A DNA stretch of 64,000 nucleotides from an uncultured Chloroflexia bacterium (GTDB lineage: Bacteria; Chloroflexota; Limnocylindria; QHBO01), in NCBI GenBank assembly GCA_963777045.1, contig CAVZPD010000009.1:371009-435008 (forward strand), written 5' to 3'. The position numbers and the translations under genes are program-made. The notes beneath the pieces are model-generated. The model was not told the DNA's origin. It worked only from the letters and a program-made list of their open reading frames with translations, and ran no database searches. Shown here piece after piece: positions 55,074 to 64,000 of the stretch (the stretch's first letter is position 1; every line of letters starts with the position of its first letter).

Positions 55074-56368
55074 GCCGCCGCCTCCGTCCGGACCGCCTCC
55101 TCGATCGCCTGGTCGAGGTCGCCGATGATGTCGTCCAGCGCCTCGATTCCGACCGAGAGCCGCACCATCTCCGGGGCGCAACCCGCCTTGCGCTGGTCCT
55201 CCGGGCTCAGCTGCTGGTGGGTGGTCGAGGCGGGGTGGATGATGAGCGACTTGGCGTCGCCCACGTTGGCCAGCAGGCTGAACAGCTTCACGGAGTTGAT
55301 CAGCCGCCGCCCGGCCTCCAGCCCGCCGCGCAGGCCGAAGGTGATGATCCCGCCGAACCCGCCGGACAGGTAGCGCTCGGCGTTGGCGTAGGTGGGGTGC
55401 GACTTCAGGCCGGGGTAGGTGACCCACTCGACCTCGGGGTGCGACTCCAGCCACTTCGCCACCGCCAGCGCGTTCTGCGAGTGCCGCTCGATCCGCAGCG
55501 GGAGCGTCTCCAGCCCCTGCAGGAAGAGGAACGAGTTGAAGGGCGACAGCGCAGGACCGATGTCTCTCAGCAGCTGGACCCGCAGCTTGATGATGTAGGC
55601 CAGGTTGCCGAAGCGAGTCCGTGTAGGACACGCCGTGGTAGCTGGGATCGGGGTCGACGAACTCCGCGAAGCGGCTGGACGCGGTCCAGTCGAAGGTGCC
55701 GCCGTCCACCACCACCCCGCCGATGCTCGTCCCGTGCCCGCCGATCCACTTCGTGGCGGAGTGGATGACCACGTCCGCCCCGTGCTCGATCGGGCGGCAG
55801 AGGAGCGGCGCGAAGGTGTTGTCGACCAGCAGCGGCAGGCCCTGGGCGTGGGCCGCATCGGCGATGGCGCGGATGTCGGGGACGTCCAGCCGGGGATTGC
55901 CGATGGTCTCGATGTAGTAGGCGCGCGTCTGCTCATCGGTCTGGCGCGCGAAATGCGCCGGGTCGAGTTGCCCTCCACCCATCGGACCTCGATGCCCAGG
56001 CGCGGCAGGGTGTAGGCGAACAGGTTGTAGGTGCCGCCGTAGAGGCTGGTGGACGACACGATGTTGTCGCCCGCCTTCGCCAGGTTGAGGATGGCGAGGG
56101 TCTCCGCCGCCTGCCCGCTGGCCAGCGCGACCGCCCCCACGCCGCCCTCCAGCGCCGCGATTCTCTGCTCGAAGACGTCCGTCGTCGGATTCATGATCCG
56201 GGTGTAGATGTTCCCGAACTGCTGCAGGGCGAAGAGCCGTGCGGCGTGATCGGCGTCGTCGAAGGTGTAGGAGGTGGTGGCATAGATGGGGACCGCGCGG
56301 GCTCCCGTGGTCGGGTCCGGCTGCTGGCCCGCGTGAATGGCCAGCGTCTCGGTCTGGTAGTTGCTCAT
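55070..56368 (-). CDS. metY: O-acetylhomoserine sulfhydrylase; 2 frameshifts
   Basis: ATG 56368 gives MSNYQTETLAIHAGQQPDPTTGARAVPIYATTSYTF.... A middle part (...DNTFAPLLCRPIEHGADVVIHSATKWIGGHGTSIGGVVVDGG...) is in a second frame, and the C-terminus returns to the first frame. Confidence 0.75.
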   Translation of the reverse strand: MSNYQTETLAIHAGQQPDPTTGARAVPIYATTSYTFDDADHAARLFALQQFGNIYTRIMNPTTDVFEQRIAALEGGVGAVALASGQAAETLAILNLAKAGDNIVSSTSLYGGTYNLFAYTLPRLGIEVRWVEGNSTRRISRARPMSRRAPTTSRPSAIPGWTSPTSAPSPMRPTPRACRCWSTTPSRRSSAARSSTGRTWSSTPPRSGSAGTGRASAGWWWTAAPSTGPRPAASRSSSTPIPATTACPTRTRFGNLAYIIKLRVQLLRDIGPALSPFNSFLFLQGLETLPLRIERHSQNALAVAKWLESHPEVEWVTYPGLKSHPTYANAERYLSGGFGGIITFGLRGGLEAGRRLINSVKLFSLLANVGDAKSLIIHPASTTHQQLSPEDQRKAGCAPEMVRLSVGIEALDDIIGDLDQAIEEAVRTEAAA

Positions 56369-56460
56369 TGCGTGGAGTTCCCTTCGGTGGCGCGTGACGG
56401 GCAGGCGTGATTCGCCTGCGGGAGTCGGGGATTGCGGCTGGTCCGCGTCGCGCGAAGGGA

Positions 56461-56502
56461 ATTGAAAAAGCCGCACCCGTTCCAGTTCGTGGAAGGTGCG
56501 GC
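56461..56502 (-). terminator. intrinsic terminator on the minus strand, within the metY 5' leader
   Basis: Minus RNA gccgcacc-uucca-CGAAC-uggaa-(cg)-ggugcggc forms an 8 bp plus 5 bp stem with a 2-nt bulge. It is followed by UUUUUCAAU and lies ~95 nt upstream of the metY AUG. Confidence 0.55.
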
Positions 56503-56702
56503 CCCTGGGGCGCTATCGGCCCCGGCAGCGTCAGCTGTCCAGGCCGATCAGGCCCGATCCTCCAGGCGGCGGGGCCGCCAGGGCATGGACATGGTTGACC
56601 AGTGCGGGTGACGCTCTGCTCGAGGCATGCGAGGACGCTATCAGCGCTGTCAACCCGGCTGGCCGCGGATGTTGTTGCTCAACGACTTTGTCACCGCTAA
56701 CT

Positions 56703-58062
56703 GCTCAGTGAGTTTGTCAGTCTCCACCGATGGAGGAGACGATCTGCATGAGCAGTACCGAGCAGCGACGAGCCTGGATCCTGACGAAGCTGTTGGTCGG
56801 CGAGGTCACCGTCGCTGAGGCGGCGGCGCTGCTGCAGCTGAGCGGGCGCCAGGTGTGGCGGCTCAAGGTTCGGTTTGAGCGCGACGGGCCAGCCGGGCTG
56901 GTCCATGCCAACCGCGGACGGGCCAGCCCGCGGCGCCTGCCCGGCCCGGTGCGCGAGCAGATCCTCGAGCTGGCGCGCGGTCGCTACGCCGGCGTCAACG
57001 ACTGCCACCTGGCCGAGCTGCTGGCCGAGCACGAGGCGATCACCATCAGCCGTGCCGCCCTGCGCCGCCTGCTGCGTGCGGCCGGCCTGGCCAGCCCGCG
57101 CCGGCGTCGTCGTCCGCGGCATCGCAGCCGGCGCGATCGCATGCCGCAGGCCGGACTGCTGCTGCAGGTCGACGGCTCACGTCACGACTGGCTCGAGGGC
57201 CGCGGACCGCGCATGACCCTGGTCGGCGGCATCGACGACGCCACCGGTCTGGTCAGCGGTGCGGTCTTCCGCGAGCAGGAGGACGCCGCCGGCTACCTGG
57301 AGGTGCTGCGCGACACGCTGCGCCGCCACGGTGTGCCGGCGGCGGTGTATCGCGATCGGCACACCATCTTCGAGGCATCTGACCGGGCACTGACCCTCGA
57401 GGAGCAGCTGGCCGACACGCGGTTGCCGACCCAGGTCGGCCGTGCGCTTGACGAGCTGGGCATCACCTCGGTCGCCGCCCACTCACCCCAGGCCAAGGGC
57501 CGCATCGAGCGGCTGTGGGGCACCTTTCAGGACCGGCTGGTGACCGAGCTGCGTCTGGCGGGTGCCAATGATCGTGACGCCGCCAACCGGGTGCTGGCCG
57601 CCTTCCTGCCCAAGTTCAACCGACGCTTCACGGTGGCGCCGCTCGATCCGACGCCCGCCTGGCGCGCCGCACCCGGCCGCGCCGCAGCCGAGCGCATCTG
57701 CTGCCTCAAGTACCGGCGCGTGGTAGCCAACGATCACACCATCCGGGCTGGTGCCAGCCTCCTGCAGCTGCCACCGCGCGCCGATCGGCGCAGCTATGCC
57801 GGCGCACGGGTTGAGCTCCAGCTGCGGCTCGACGGGCGGTTGGTGGTGTGGGACGGCCAGCGCGAGCTGCTGAGCGTGCCGGCACCCGCCCAGCCGTTCC
57901 AGCTGCGGACCCTGACCGCGGCCCGCGGCAACCTTGGCAGCCGACCGCCGAGCGCCGGCTATCGGCCGCCGGCCAATCACCCGTGGCGGCGCGGTCCCAC
58001 CACCCGACGCAGCCCGACAGTGACAGAATCACCGAGCAAATGAGCTGACAGACTCACTGATC
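56703..58062 (+). mobile_element. insertion sequence (~1.36 kb, single DDE transposase ORF, ~18 bp imperfect terminal inverted repeats)
   Basis: Left end GCTCAGTGAGTTTGTCAG matches the reverse complement of the right end GATCAGTGAGTCTGTCAG (2 mismatches). Between them is one 437 aa transposase ORF. No clear target-site duplication is visible. Confidence 0.6.
56730..58043 (+). CDS. DDE transposase (N-terminal HTH plus integrase-core domain; ISNCY-like by recollection)
   Basis: MSSTEQRRAWILTKLLVGEVTVAEAAALLQLSGRQVWRLKVRFERDGPAGLVHANRGR...LLLQVDGSRHDW...GIDDATGLV...VYRDRHTIFEA...SPQAKGRIERLWGTFQDRL.... The family name is an inference and not verified. Confidence 0.65.
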   Translation: MEETICMSSTEQRRAWILTKLLVGEVTVAEAAALLQLSGRQVWRLKVRFERDGPAGLVHANRGRASPRRLPGPVREQILELARGRYAGVNDCHLAELLAEHEAITISRAALRRLLRAAGLASPRRRRRPRHRSRRDRMPQAGLLLQVDGSRHDWLEGRGPRMTLVGGIDDATGLVSGAVFREQEDAAGYLEVLRDTLRRHGVPAAVYRDRHTIFEASDRALTLEEQLADTRLPTQVGRALDELGITSVAAHSPQAKGRIERLWGTFQDRLVTELRLAGANDRDAANRVLAAFLPKFNRRFTVAPLDPTPAWRAAPGRAAAERICCLKYRRVVANDHTIRAGASLLQLPPRADRRSYAGARVELQLRLDGRLVVWDGQRELLSVPAPAQPFQLRTLTAARGNLGSRPPSAGYRPPANHPWRRGPTTRRSPTVTESPSK

Positions 58063-58289
58063 TACGACACCCGGCTGGCCGCGGACGAAGCGCTAGAAGG
58101 AGGCGATGAAGGACTTCGGCCCCTGGTACGAGGCGGGGTTCCGGGGGACCTTTCCCACCCTGGTCGCGCTTCTGGATGCGGAGGCGGCTGCGCGCGAGGC
58201 GGACCGGCCCGTTGAGCCTGACCTGCCGGCGGTCTCAGACCGGAAGCCGGTCCTGCAGACTGGACTTGGAGTAGTCCATCAGCCCTCGA

Positions 58290-58471
58290 CTGCCGATACG
58301 TGGGGCAGATGGTCACCAGACGTGGCTTTCGGGCGCCGGAGCGCCGATACGTGGGGCAGCCGCGAGCACAAACGGCACCTCCGGGTCGCCTTCACGCTCA
58401 CCGCTGCCCGATGTAGCGGCAGATTGTGGCCCGAGCTGCTCCCGGGTGCTGTTCTGCCCTATGTAGCGGGC
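58290..58471. repeat. four degenerate ~50-60 bp tandem repeats, each with a CTGCC-N9-GGCAG mini-palindrome
   Basis: Copies are at 58290-58308 (ctgccGATACGTGGggcag), 58342-58359, 58404-58422 (ctgccCGATGTAGCggcag) and 58454-58471. Shared flanks are GTGGCTTTCGGGCG / GTGTTTCGGGCG. The array lies in the 3' flank of argF next to the IS right end. Confidence 0.5.
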
Positions 58472-58488
58472 CGTGTTTCGGGCGATGG

Positions 58489-59430
58489 CTACGCCAGGAA
58501 CGCCACCAGCAGCGCCTGCTGCGCGTACATCCGGTTCTCCGCCTGCTCCAGCGCAACCGACCGCGGGCCGTCGAGGACCTCGGCGGTGATCTCCTCCCCG
58601 CGGTGGGCGGGCAGGCAGTGCATCACCAGCGCATCGGGCGCGTGGGCAAGCAGCTCGGCGTTGACCTGGTACGGCGCGAACCGTTCGCGACGGGCGGCAG
58701 ATTCGGCCTCGAAGCCCATGCTGGTCCAGACATCGGTGTAGACCGCATCGGCTCCGGAGACGGCTCCGACCGGGTCGATCAGGACCTGGACCGATGCAGT
58801 GGCAAGATCACGAGCGACCGCGATAACCGCGGGGTCGGGCGCGTGCTCGGGCGGGGTCGCCACGCGGACGTGCATGCCGCACAGCGCGGCCGCGATCACC
58901 AGCGAGTGGCAGACGTTGTTCCCGTCGCCCACGAAGGCGAGCGTGCGACCGGCCAGCGAGCCCCACTGCTGGCGCAGGGTCAGCATGTCGGCCAGCGCCT
59001 GGCAGGGGTGCTCGCGGTCGTCGAGCGCGTTGATGACCGGGACCGATGACGCCGCCGCCAGCTCCGCGATGATCCCCGGACTGGAGGCGCGGACCACGAT
59101 GGCATCCACCCAGCGCGACAGGTTGGCGCCGATGTCGGAGGCGGGCTCGCGCTGGCCGAGCTTGACCTCGTCCGCACCCAGGAAGACGGCGTGGCCGCCG
59201 AGCAGCTCGACGCCGATATCGAAGCTCACCTTGGTGCGCAGGCTGGGCTTGTCGAAGAGGAGCGCCACCTGACGGCCGGCGAGCTCGGGTGTGAGCGTGC
59301 CCGCGGCGCGCGCCTCGCGGAGCGCCTGGGCGTGGGCGAGCAGCGCCTCCATGCCCAGCGGTGCCAGGTCGGCGGCGGAGAGGACGTGGTGCGGCGCGCT
59401 AACCGCCGCGCGGGGCAGCGTGGTGGTCAT
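58489..59430 (-). CDS. argF: ornithine carbamoyltransferase
   Basis: Intact 313 aa. MTTTLPRAAVSAPHHVLSAADLAP...SLRTKVSFDIG (STRTR-like)...HCLPAHRGEE.... The ATG overlaps the argD stop. Confidence 0.85.
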   Translation of the reverse strand: MTTTLPRAAVSAPHHVLSAADLAPLGMEALLAHAQALREARAAGTLTPELAGRQVALLFDKPSLRTKVSFDIGVELLGGHAVFLGADEVKLGQREPASDIGANLSRWVDAIVVRASSPGIIAELAAASSVPVINALDDREHPCQALADMLTLRQQWGSLAGRTLAFVGDGNNVCHSLVIAAALCGMHVRVATPPEHAPDPAVIAVARDLATASVQVLIDPVGAVSGADAVYTDVWTSMGFEAESAARRERFAPYQVNAELLAHAPDALVMHCLPAHRGEEITAEVLDGPRSVALEQAENRMYAQQALLVAFLA

Positions 59431-60645
59431 GACGACGCCGCCTGGAGGGCGCGGCGCAGGCGGCGCAGTGCCTCGTCGACCTCCGCCTCGCTGATGGTCA
59501 GCGCGGGGAGGAATCGGAGCGTGGTGTCGCCGGTGGCGTTGATCAGCAGCCCTTGATCGTCGCGCGCCTGCTCCACCGCCTTCTTCGCCCACGGGCCTGC
59601 CGTTTCCAGCGCCAGCATCAGGCCGCGGCCGCGAACCTCGGTGCCGAAGCCGTCGTCCACCAGACGCTGCAGCCCGGCGGCCAGGCGCGACCCCTGCGCC
59701 GACGCGGCAGCCAGCAACCTCTCCGAATCCAGCACCTGCAGCGTGGCGACCGCCGCGGCACAGGCCAGCGGGTTGCCGCCCAGCGTCGTGCCGTGGTCGC
59801 CCGGCTGGAACGCCGAGGCGGACTCCGTCGCCAGGATCGCGCCGATCGGCACGCCGCCGCCCAGCCCCTTGGCGATCGTCACCACGTCCGGCACCACCGG
59901 CGTCTGCTCGAACGCAAAGAAGGTGCCGGTGCGGCCCATCCCGGTCTGCACCTCGTCGAAGATGAGCAGCGCGCCCACCCGGTCGCAGGCGGCACGGGCG
60001 GCTGGACAGGAACTCATCGGTCAGGGGATGGATGCCGCCCTCGCCCTGGATCGGCTCCAGGAGGACGGCGCAGGTCTGGTCGGTCACCGCCCCCTCCAGC
60101 GCCGCGACGTCGTTGCGGGGGACGTGGCGGAAGCCGGCAGGCATCGGCTCGAAGGGAGCCCGGTACTTCGGCTGGCCGGTGGCGGCCAGGGAGCCGAAGG
60201 TGCGGCCGTGGAAGGAGTTATCAAGCGCCACCACCTCGGTCGCGCCGCGCGAACCGCCATGCCGTCGGGCAAGCTTCAGTGCCGCCTCGTTGGCCTCGGT
60301 CCCTGAGTTGGTGAAGAAGGCCCGGTCGAAGGGCGAGCGCTCGAGCAGTTTCTCCGCCAGGTCCAGCTGCGGCAGCGTGTAGTAGAGGTTCGAGACCTGC
60401 AGCAGCGTGCGTGCCTGTGACGCCAGCGCGGCGGCGACCGCCGGATGGGCGTGGCCCAGGACGTTGACCGCCAGGCCGGAGACCAGGTCCAGGTAGCGAT
60501 GGTCCGAGTCGTCCCAGACCCAGCTGCCGGATCCCCGGACCAGGGTGAGCGGCTGCCGGGCGTAGGTGTGCAGGTGGACGCGCGCCTCGCGTTCCTGCGC
60601 GCGGCTGGCGTTGGGATCGGCCGTGGGTCGGGGGTGGAGGACCAT
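59427..60645 (-). CDS. argD: acetylornithine aminotransferase; one frameshift near 60010
   Basis: ATG 60645 gives MVLHPRP...LTLVRGSGSWVWDDSDHRYLDLVSGLAVNVLGHAHP...EVVALDNSFHGRTFG...LEPIQGEGG. It then changes frame to LLIFDEVQTGMGRTG...DVVTIAKGLGGG...*. Confidence 0.75.
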
Positions 60646-61133
60646 GGCCGTGTTCCACCGGCGGAATGGCCGGTCCGGGCCGCGATCCGCCTCCAGCACC
60701 GGTGGCACGTCCTCCCAGGGGATCTCCTCGAAGCCGAAGCGGGCGAAGTAGTCGGGGCGCGCAGTGAGGACGAAGAGGCGCGAGATCCCCGCCCGGGCGG
60801 CATCGCGCACCACGGCGCGGACCAGCACCTCGCCCAGGCCCCGGCTCTGCGCCTCCTTGGCGACCGAAAGCGAGCGCAGCTCGCCCAGGCCGCGGCCGAA
60901 CTCGCGCAGCGCCGCAGTGCCGCAGACGCGTTCGTCGAGGACCGCCACCCGGAAGGATTCGATCTCCGAGTCGATCTCCTCGCGCGACCAGGGGAGGAGG
61001 ATGCCCTGCTGTGCGTAGGTGTCGATCAGGCTCCAGATCGCGTCCGTATCGGTGCCGCGGGCGCGCCGCTGGAACGAGGCGCCGGAGCTGAGGGCGGCAA
61101 TCGTGCCGCCGGCCTTGAGCTGTGCTTCGCCGG

Positions 61134-61137
<4 letters not shown>
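60646..61137 (-). CDS. single-domain GNAT acetyltransferase, N-acetylglutamate synthase-like; in frame with argD with no stop
   Basis: ATG 61137 overlaps the argG stop (ATGA). ...ALREFGRGLGELRSLSVAKEAQSRGLGEVLVRAVVRDAARAGISRLFVLTARPDYFARFGFEEI is GNAT motif A. Residue 164 is followed directly by the ArgD Met. Confidence 0.55.
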
Positions 61138-62425
<1,288 letters not shown>

Positions 62426-62429
<4 letters not shown>

Positions 62430-62947
62430 GCGGGGTCTCCTTCCGTCTCGCCGGTGATGGGGAGCGCGGTCGAGCGCAGCGCCTCCAGGCGTCCGCGCAG
62501 ATCGTCCAGTGCCGCCTCGCCGCGGCAGGCCACGAAGATGGTGTCGTCGCCGGCCACCGTGCCGACCACTCCCGGCAGGAAGGTCAGGTCCATGGCCGAT
62601 GCGATGACGTGGGCCGCACCCGGCGACGTGCGCAGCACCAGCAGCGGGGGAGCGGCATCGATGATCAGCGGCAGGTCGCCCAGCAGCCGCCGCAGCCGGT
62701 CCACGCTCGCCGGCTCGGGCGAGCCGCCGGCGCCCAGCACGTCGTCGGGCAGGAGGTAGGCGACGCCCTTGCCGCCCTTCCGGGAGCCGCGCAGCGCGCC
62801 CAGCGCGGCGAGGTCGCGCGAGACGGTCGCCTGCGTGGCGACGATGCCGCGCGTGGCCAGCGCCTCCACGATCTCCACCTGGGTGTGGAAGCGCCCGGTC
62901 GCCACCAGCTGGCGAACGGCCTCGCGACGGGTTGTGCTCGCGTTCAT
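62426..62947 (-). CDS. argR: arginine repressor
   Basis: MNASTTRREAVRQLVATGRFHTQVEIVEALATRGIVATQATVSRDLAAL... is the winged helix, with the ArgR C-terminal domain (GDDTIFV). Confidence 0.8.
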
Positions 62948-63708
62948 GACACCTCCTGTGGTGCGCGTACGGTGGTGCCGACCGGATCGCCGCGCAGCGC
63001 GGCGGCCACGGCATCGGCCGAGCGGCCGTCGATGATCCGGACCGTGCAGCCGGCATGCGCCGCCACCAGGGCAGCGCGCAGCTTGGGTCGCATCCCCTCG
63101 GACGCCGATCCGTCGTCGAGCATGGCGTTCGCCTCATCGGCATCCAGGTCGGCCACCGGGTCGCCGTGGTGCAGCACGGCGGGGACATCGGTGCAGAGGA
63201 GGAGCGTGCCTCCCCGGGCGGCCGCCACGGCGCCCGCCACCTCGTCGGCGTTGACGTTGCGCAGCCGGCCTTCGGCATCGGCGCCGATGGGAGCCAACAC
63301 CGGAGTCAGGCCTTCCACCAGCAGGCTCTGCAGGAGCGCCTGGTCCAGGCCGATGACCTCGCCTACGTTGCCGATGTCGGCGGGGTGCGGCTGGATCCGC
63401 AGGAGTCCGCCGTCCACTCCGGTGAGGCCGATGGCCGGGCGCCCGGCCGCCACCAGGTGCGCCACGATCCGCGAGTTCACCAGCCCGGCAAGGACCGCGA
63501 CCACCACCTCCAGCGTGGCGTCGTCGGTGACCCGCAGCCCGTCGCGGAACTGCGGCTGGATGCCCATGCGCAGCGACCAGTCGCCGACCACGTTCCCGCC
63601 GCCGTGGACCACGACCATGGCGTCGCCCGGGTGGGTCGCGACGGCGTCCACCGCCACGCGGTGCTGCCCGGCCCAGCCGCCGATCTTCAGGGTGACGGGG
63701 CCGCTCAT
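62944..63708 (-). CDS. argB: acetylglutamate kinase
   Basis: ATG 63708 overlaps the argJ stop. MSGPVTLKIGGWAGQ...MVVVHGGGNVVG...NVNADEVAGAVAAA.... Confidence 0.75.
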   Translation of the reverse strand: MSGPVTLKIGGWAGQHRVAVDAVATHPGDAMVVVHGGGNVVGDWSLRMGIQPQFRDGLRVTDDATLEVVVAVLAGLVNSRIVAHLVAAGRPAIGLTGVDGGLLRIQPHPADIGNVGEVIGLDQALLQSLLVEGLTPVLAPIGADAEGRLRNVNADEVAGAVAAARGGTLLLCTDVPAVLHHGDPVADLDADEANAMLDDGSASEGMRPKLRAALVAAHAGCTVRIIDGRSADAVAAALRGDPVGTTVRAPQEVS

Positions 63709-64000
63709 GTCCGGTACTCGCTGTTGATGGACACGTACTCGGCGGAGAGGTCGCAGCCCCAGGCCTCGCCCTTCCCCTCGCCCATGCCCAGGTCCAGGGT
63801 CAGCGGCACCACGCGGGCTCGCAGCGCGCGACTGGCGCGCCGTTCGTCGTAGTCGCACGGGGAGCCTTCGAAGACGACCTGCTCGCCGATGCCGATGCGC
63901 AGGCGCGCCGGGTCCAGCTCGTCCGCCACCTGGCCGGCCGCCGATGCGATGCGGCCCCAGTTCGGGTCACCGCCATGGACCGCCGCCTTCACCAGCGACG
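63705..64000 (-). CDS. argJ: glutamate N-acetyltransferase / ornithine acetyltransferase, C-terminal part; the gene continues beyond the window
   Basis: KAAVHGGDPNWGRIASAAGQ...LTLDLGMGEGKGEAWGCDLSAEYVSINSEYRT* is the ArgJ beta-chain C-terminus. Confidence 0.7.
   Translation of the reverse strand, partial: SLVKAAVHGGDPNWGRIASAAGQVADELDPARLRIGIGEQVVFEGSPCDYDERRASRALRARVVPLTLDLGMGEGKGEAWGCDLSAEYVSINSEYRT

Noticed and set aside
56512-56702. SAM-I (S-box) or SAM-IV riboswitch aptamer upstream of metY
   Set aside because: By eye no GGCAACC-type or other core SAM-I/SAM-IV consensus elements could be matched. Only the terminator is reported, with the riboswitch left as a hypothesis needing Rfam/Infernal.
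56695-58070. Target-site duplication flanking the IS element
   Set aside because: The flanks (...accgctaact | IS | tacgacacc...) share at most 2 nt. No convincing direct repeat of 3 bp or more was found, so none is claimed.

Overview
High-GC (~70%) bacterial chromosomal segment, Actinomycetota-like, dominated by amino-acid biosynthesis operons. On the + strand: phosphoketolase C-terminus and acetate kinase; an ArsR-regulated DsrE/TusA/SQR sulfur-trafficking cluster; a near-complete shikimate operon (DAHP synthase, chorismate mutase, aroA, aroC, aroE, aroK, aroB, aroQ) preceded by a promoter, an 8-codon aromatic leader peptide (MNNYWFYA) and a terminator; ilvD; ilvBNC-leuA-leuB-cimA-ilvE-pheA preceded by an Ile/Leu/Val-rich leader peptide and terminator. 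On the - strand: one long trp(EGDCFBA)-yerC-his(GDCBHAF-IE) supercluster; leuCD with an upstream vapBC toxin-antitoxin; metY-metX; an arg cluster (argJ-argB-argR-argG-GNAT-argD-argF). Also present: an ISNCY-like insertion sequence between the arg cluster and the metY leader, two arrays of 50-60 bp tandem palindromic repeats, an ECF sigma / membrane protein pair, transporters, and small lipoprotein genes. Many conserved genes are broken by single-base frameshifts while neighbours are intact. This pattern is best explained by indel errors in the assembly, so gene ends are approximate. No rRNA, tRNA or CRISPR array was recognised.
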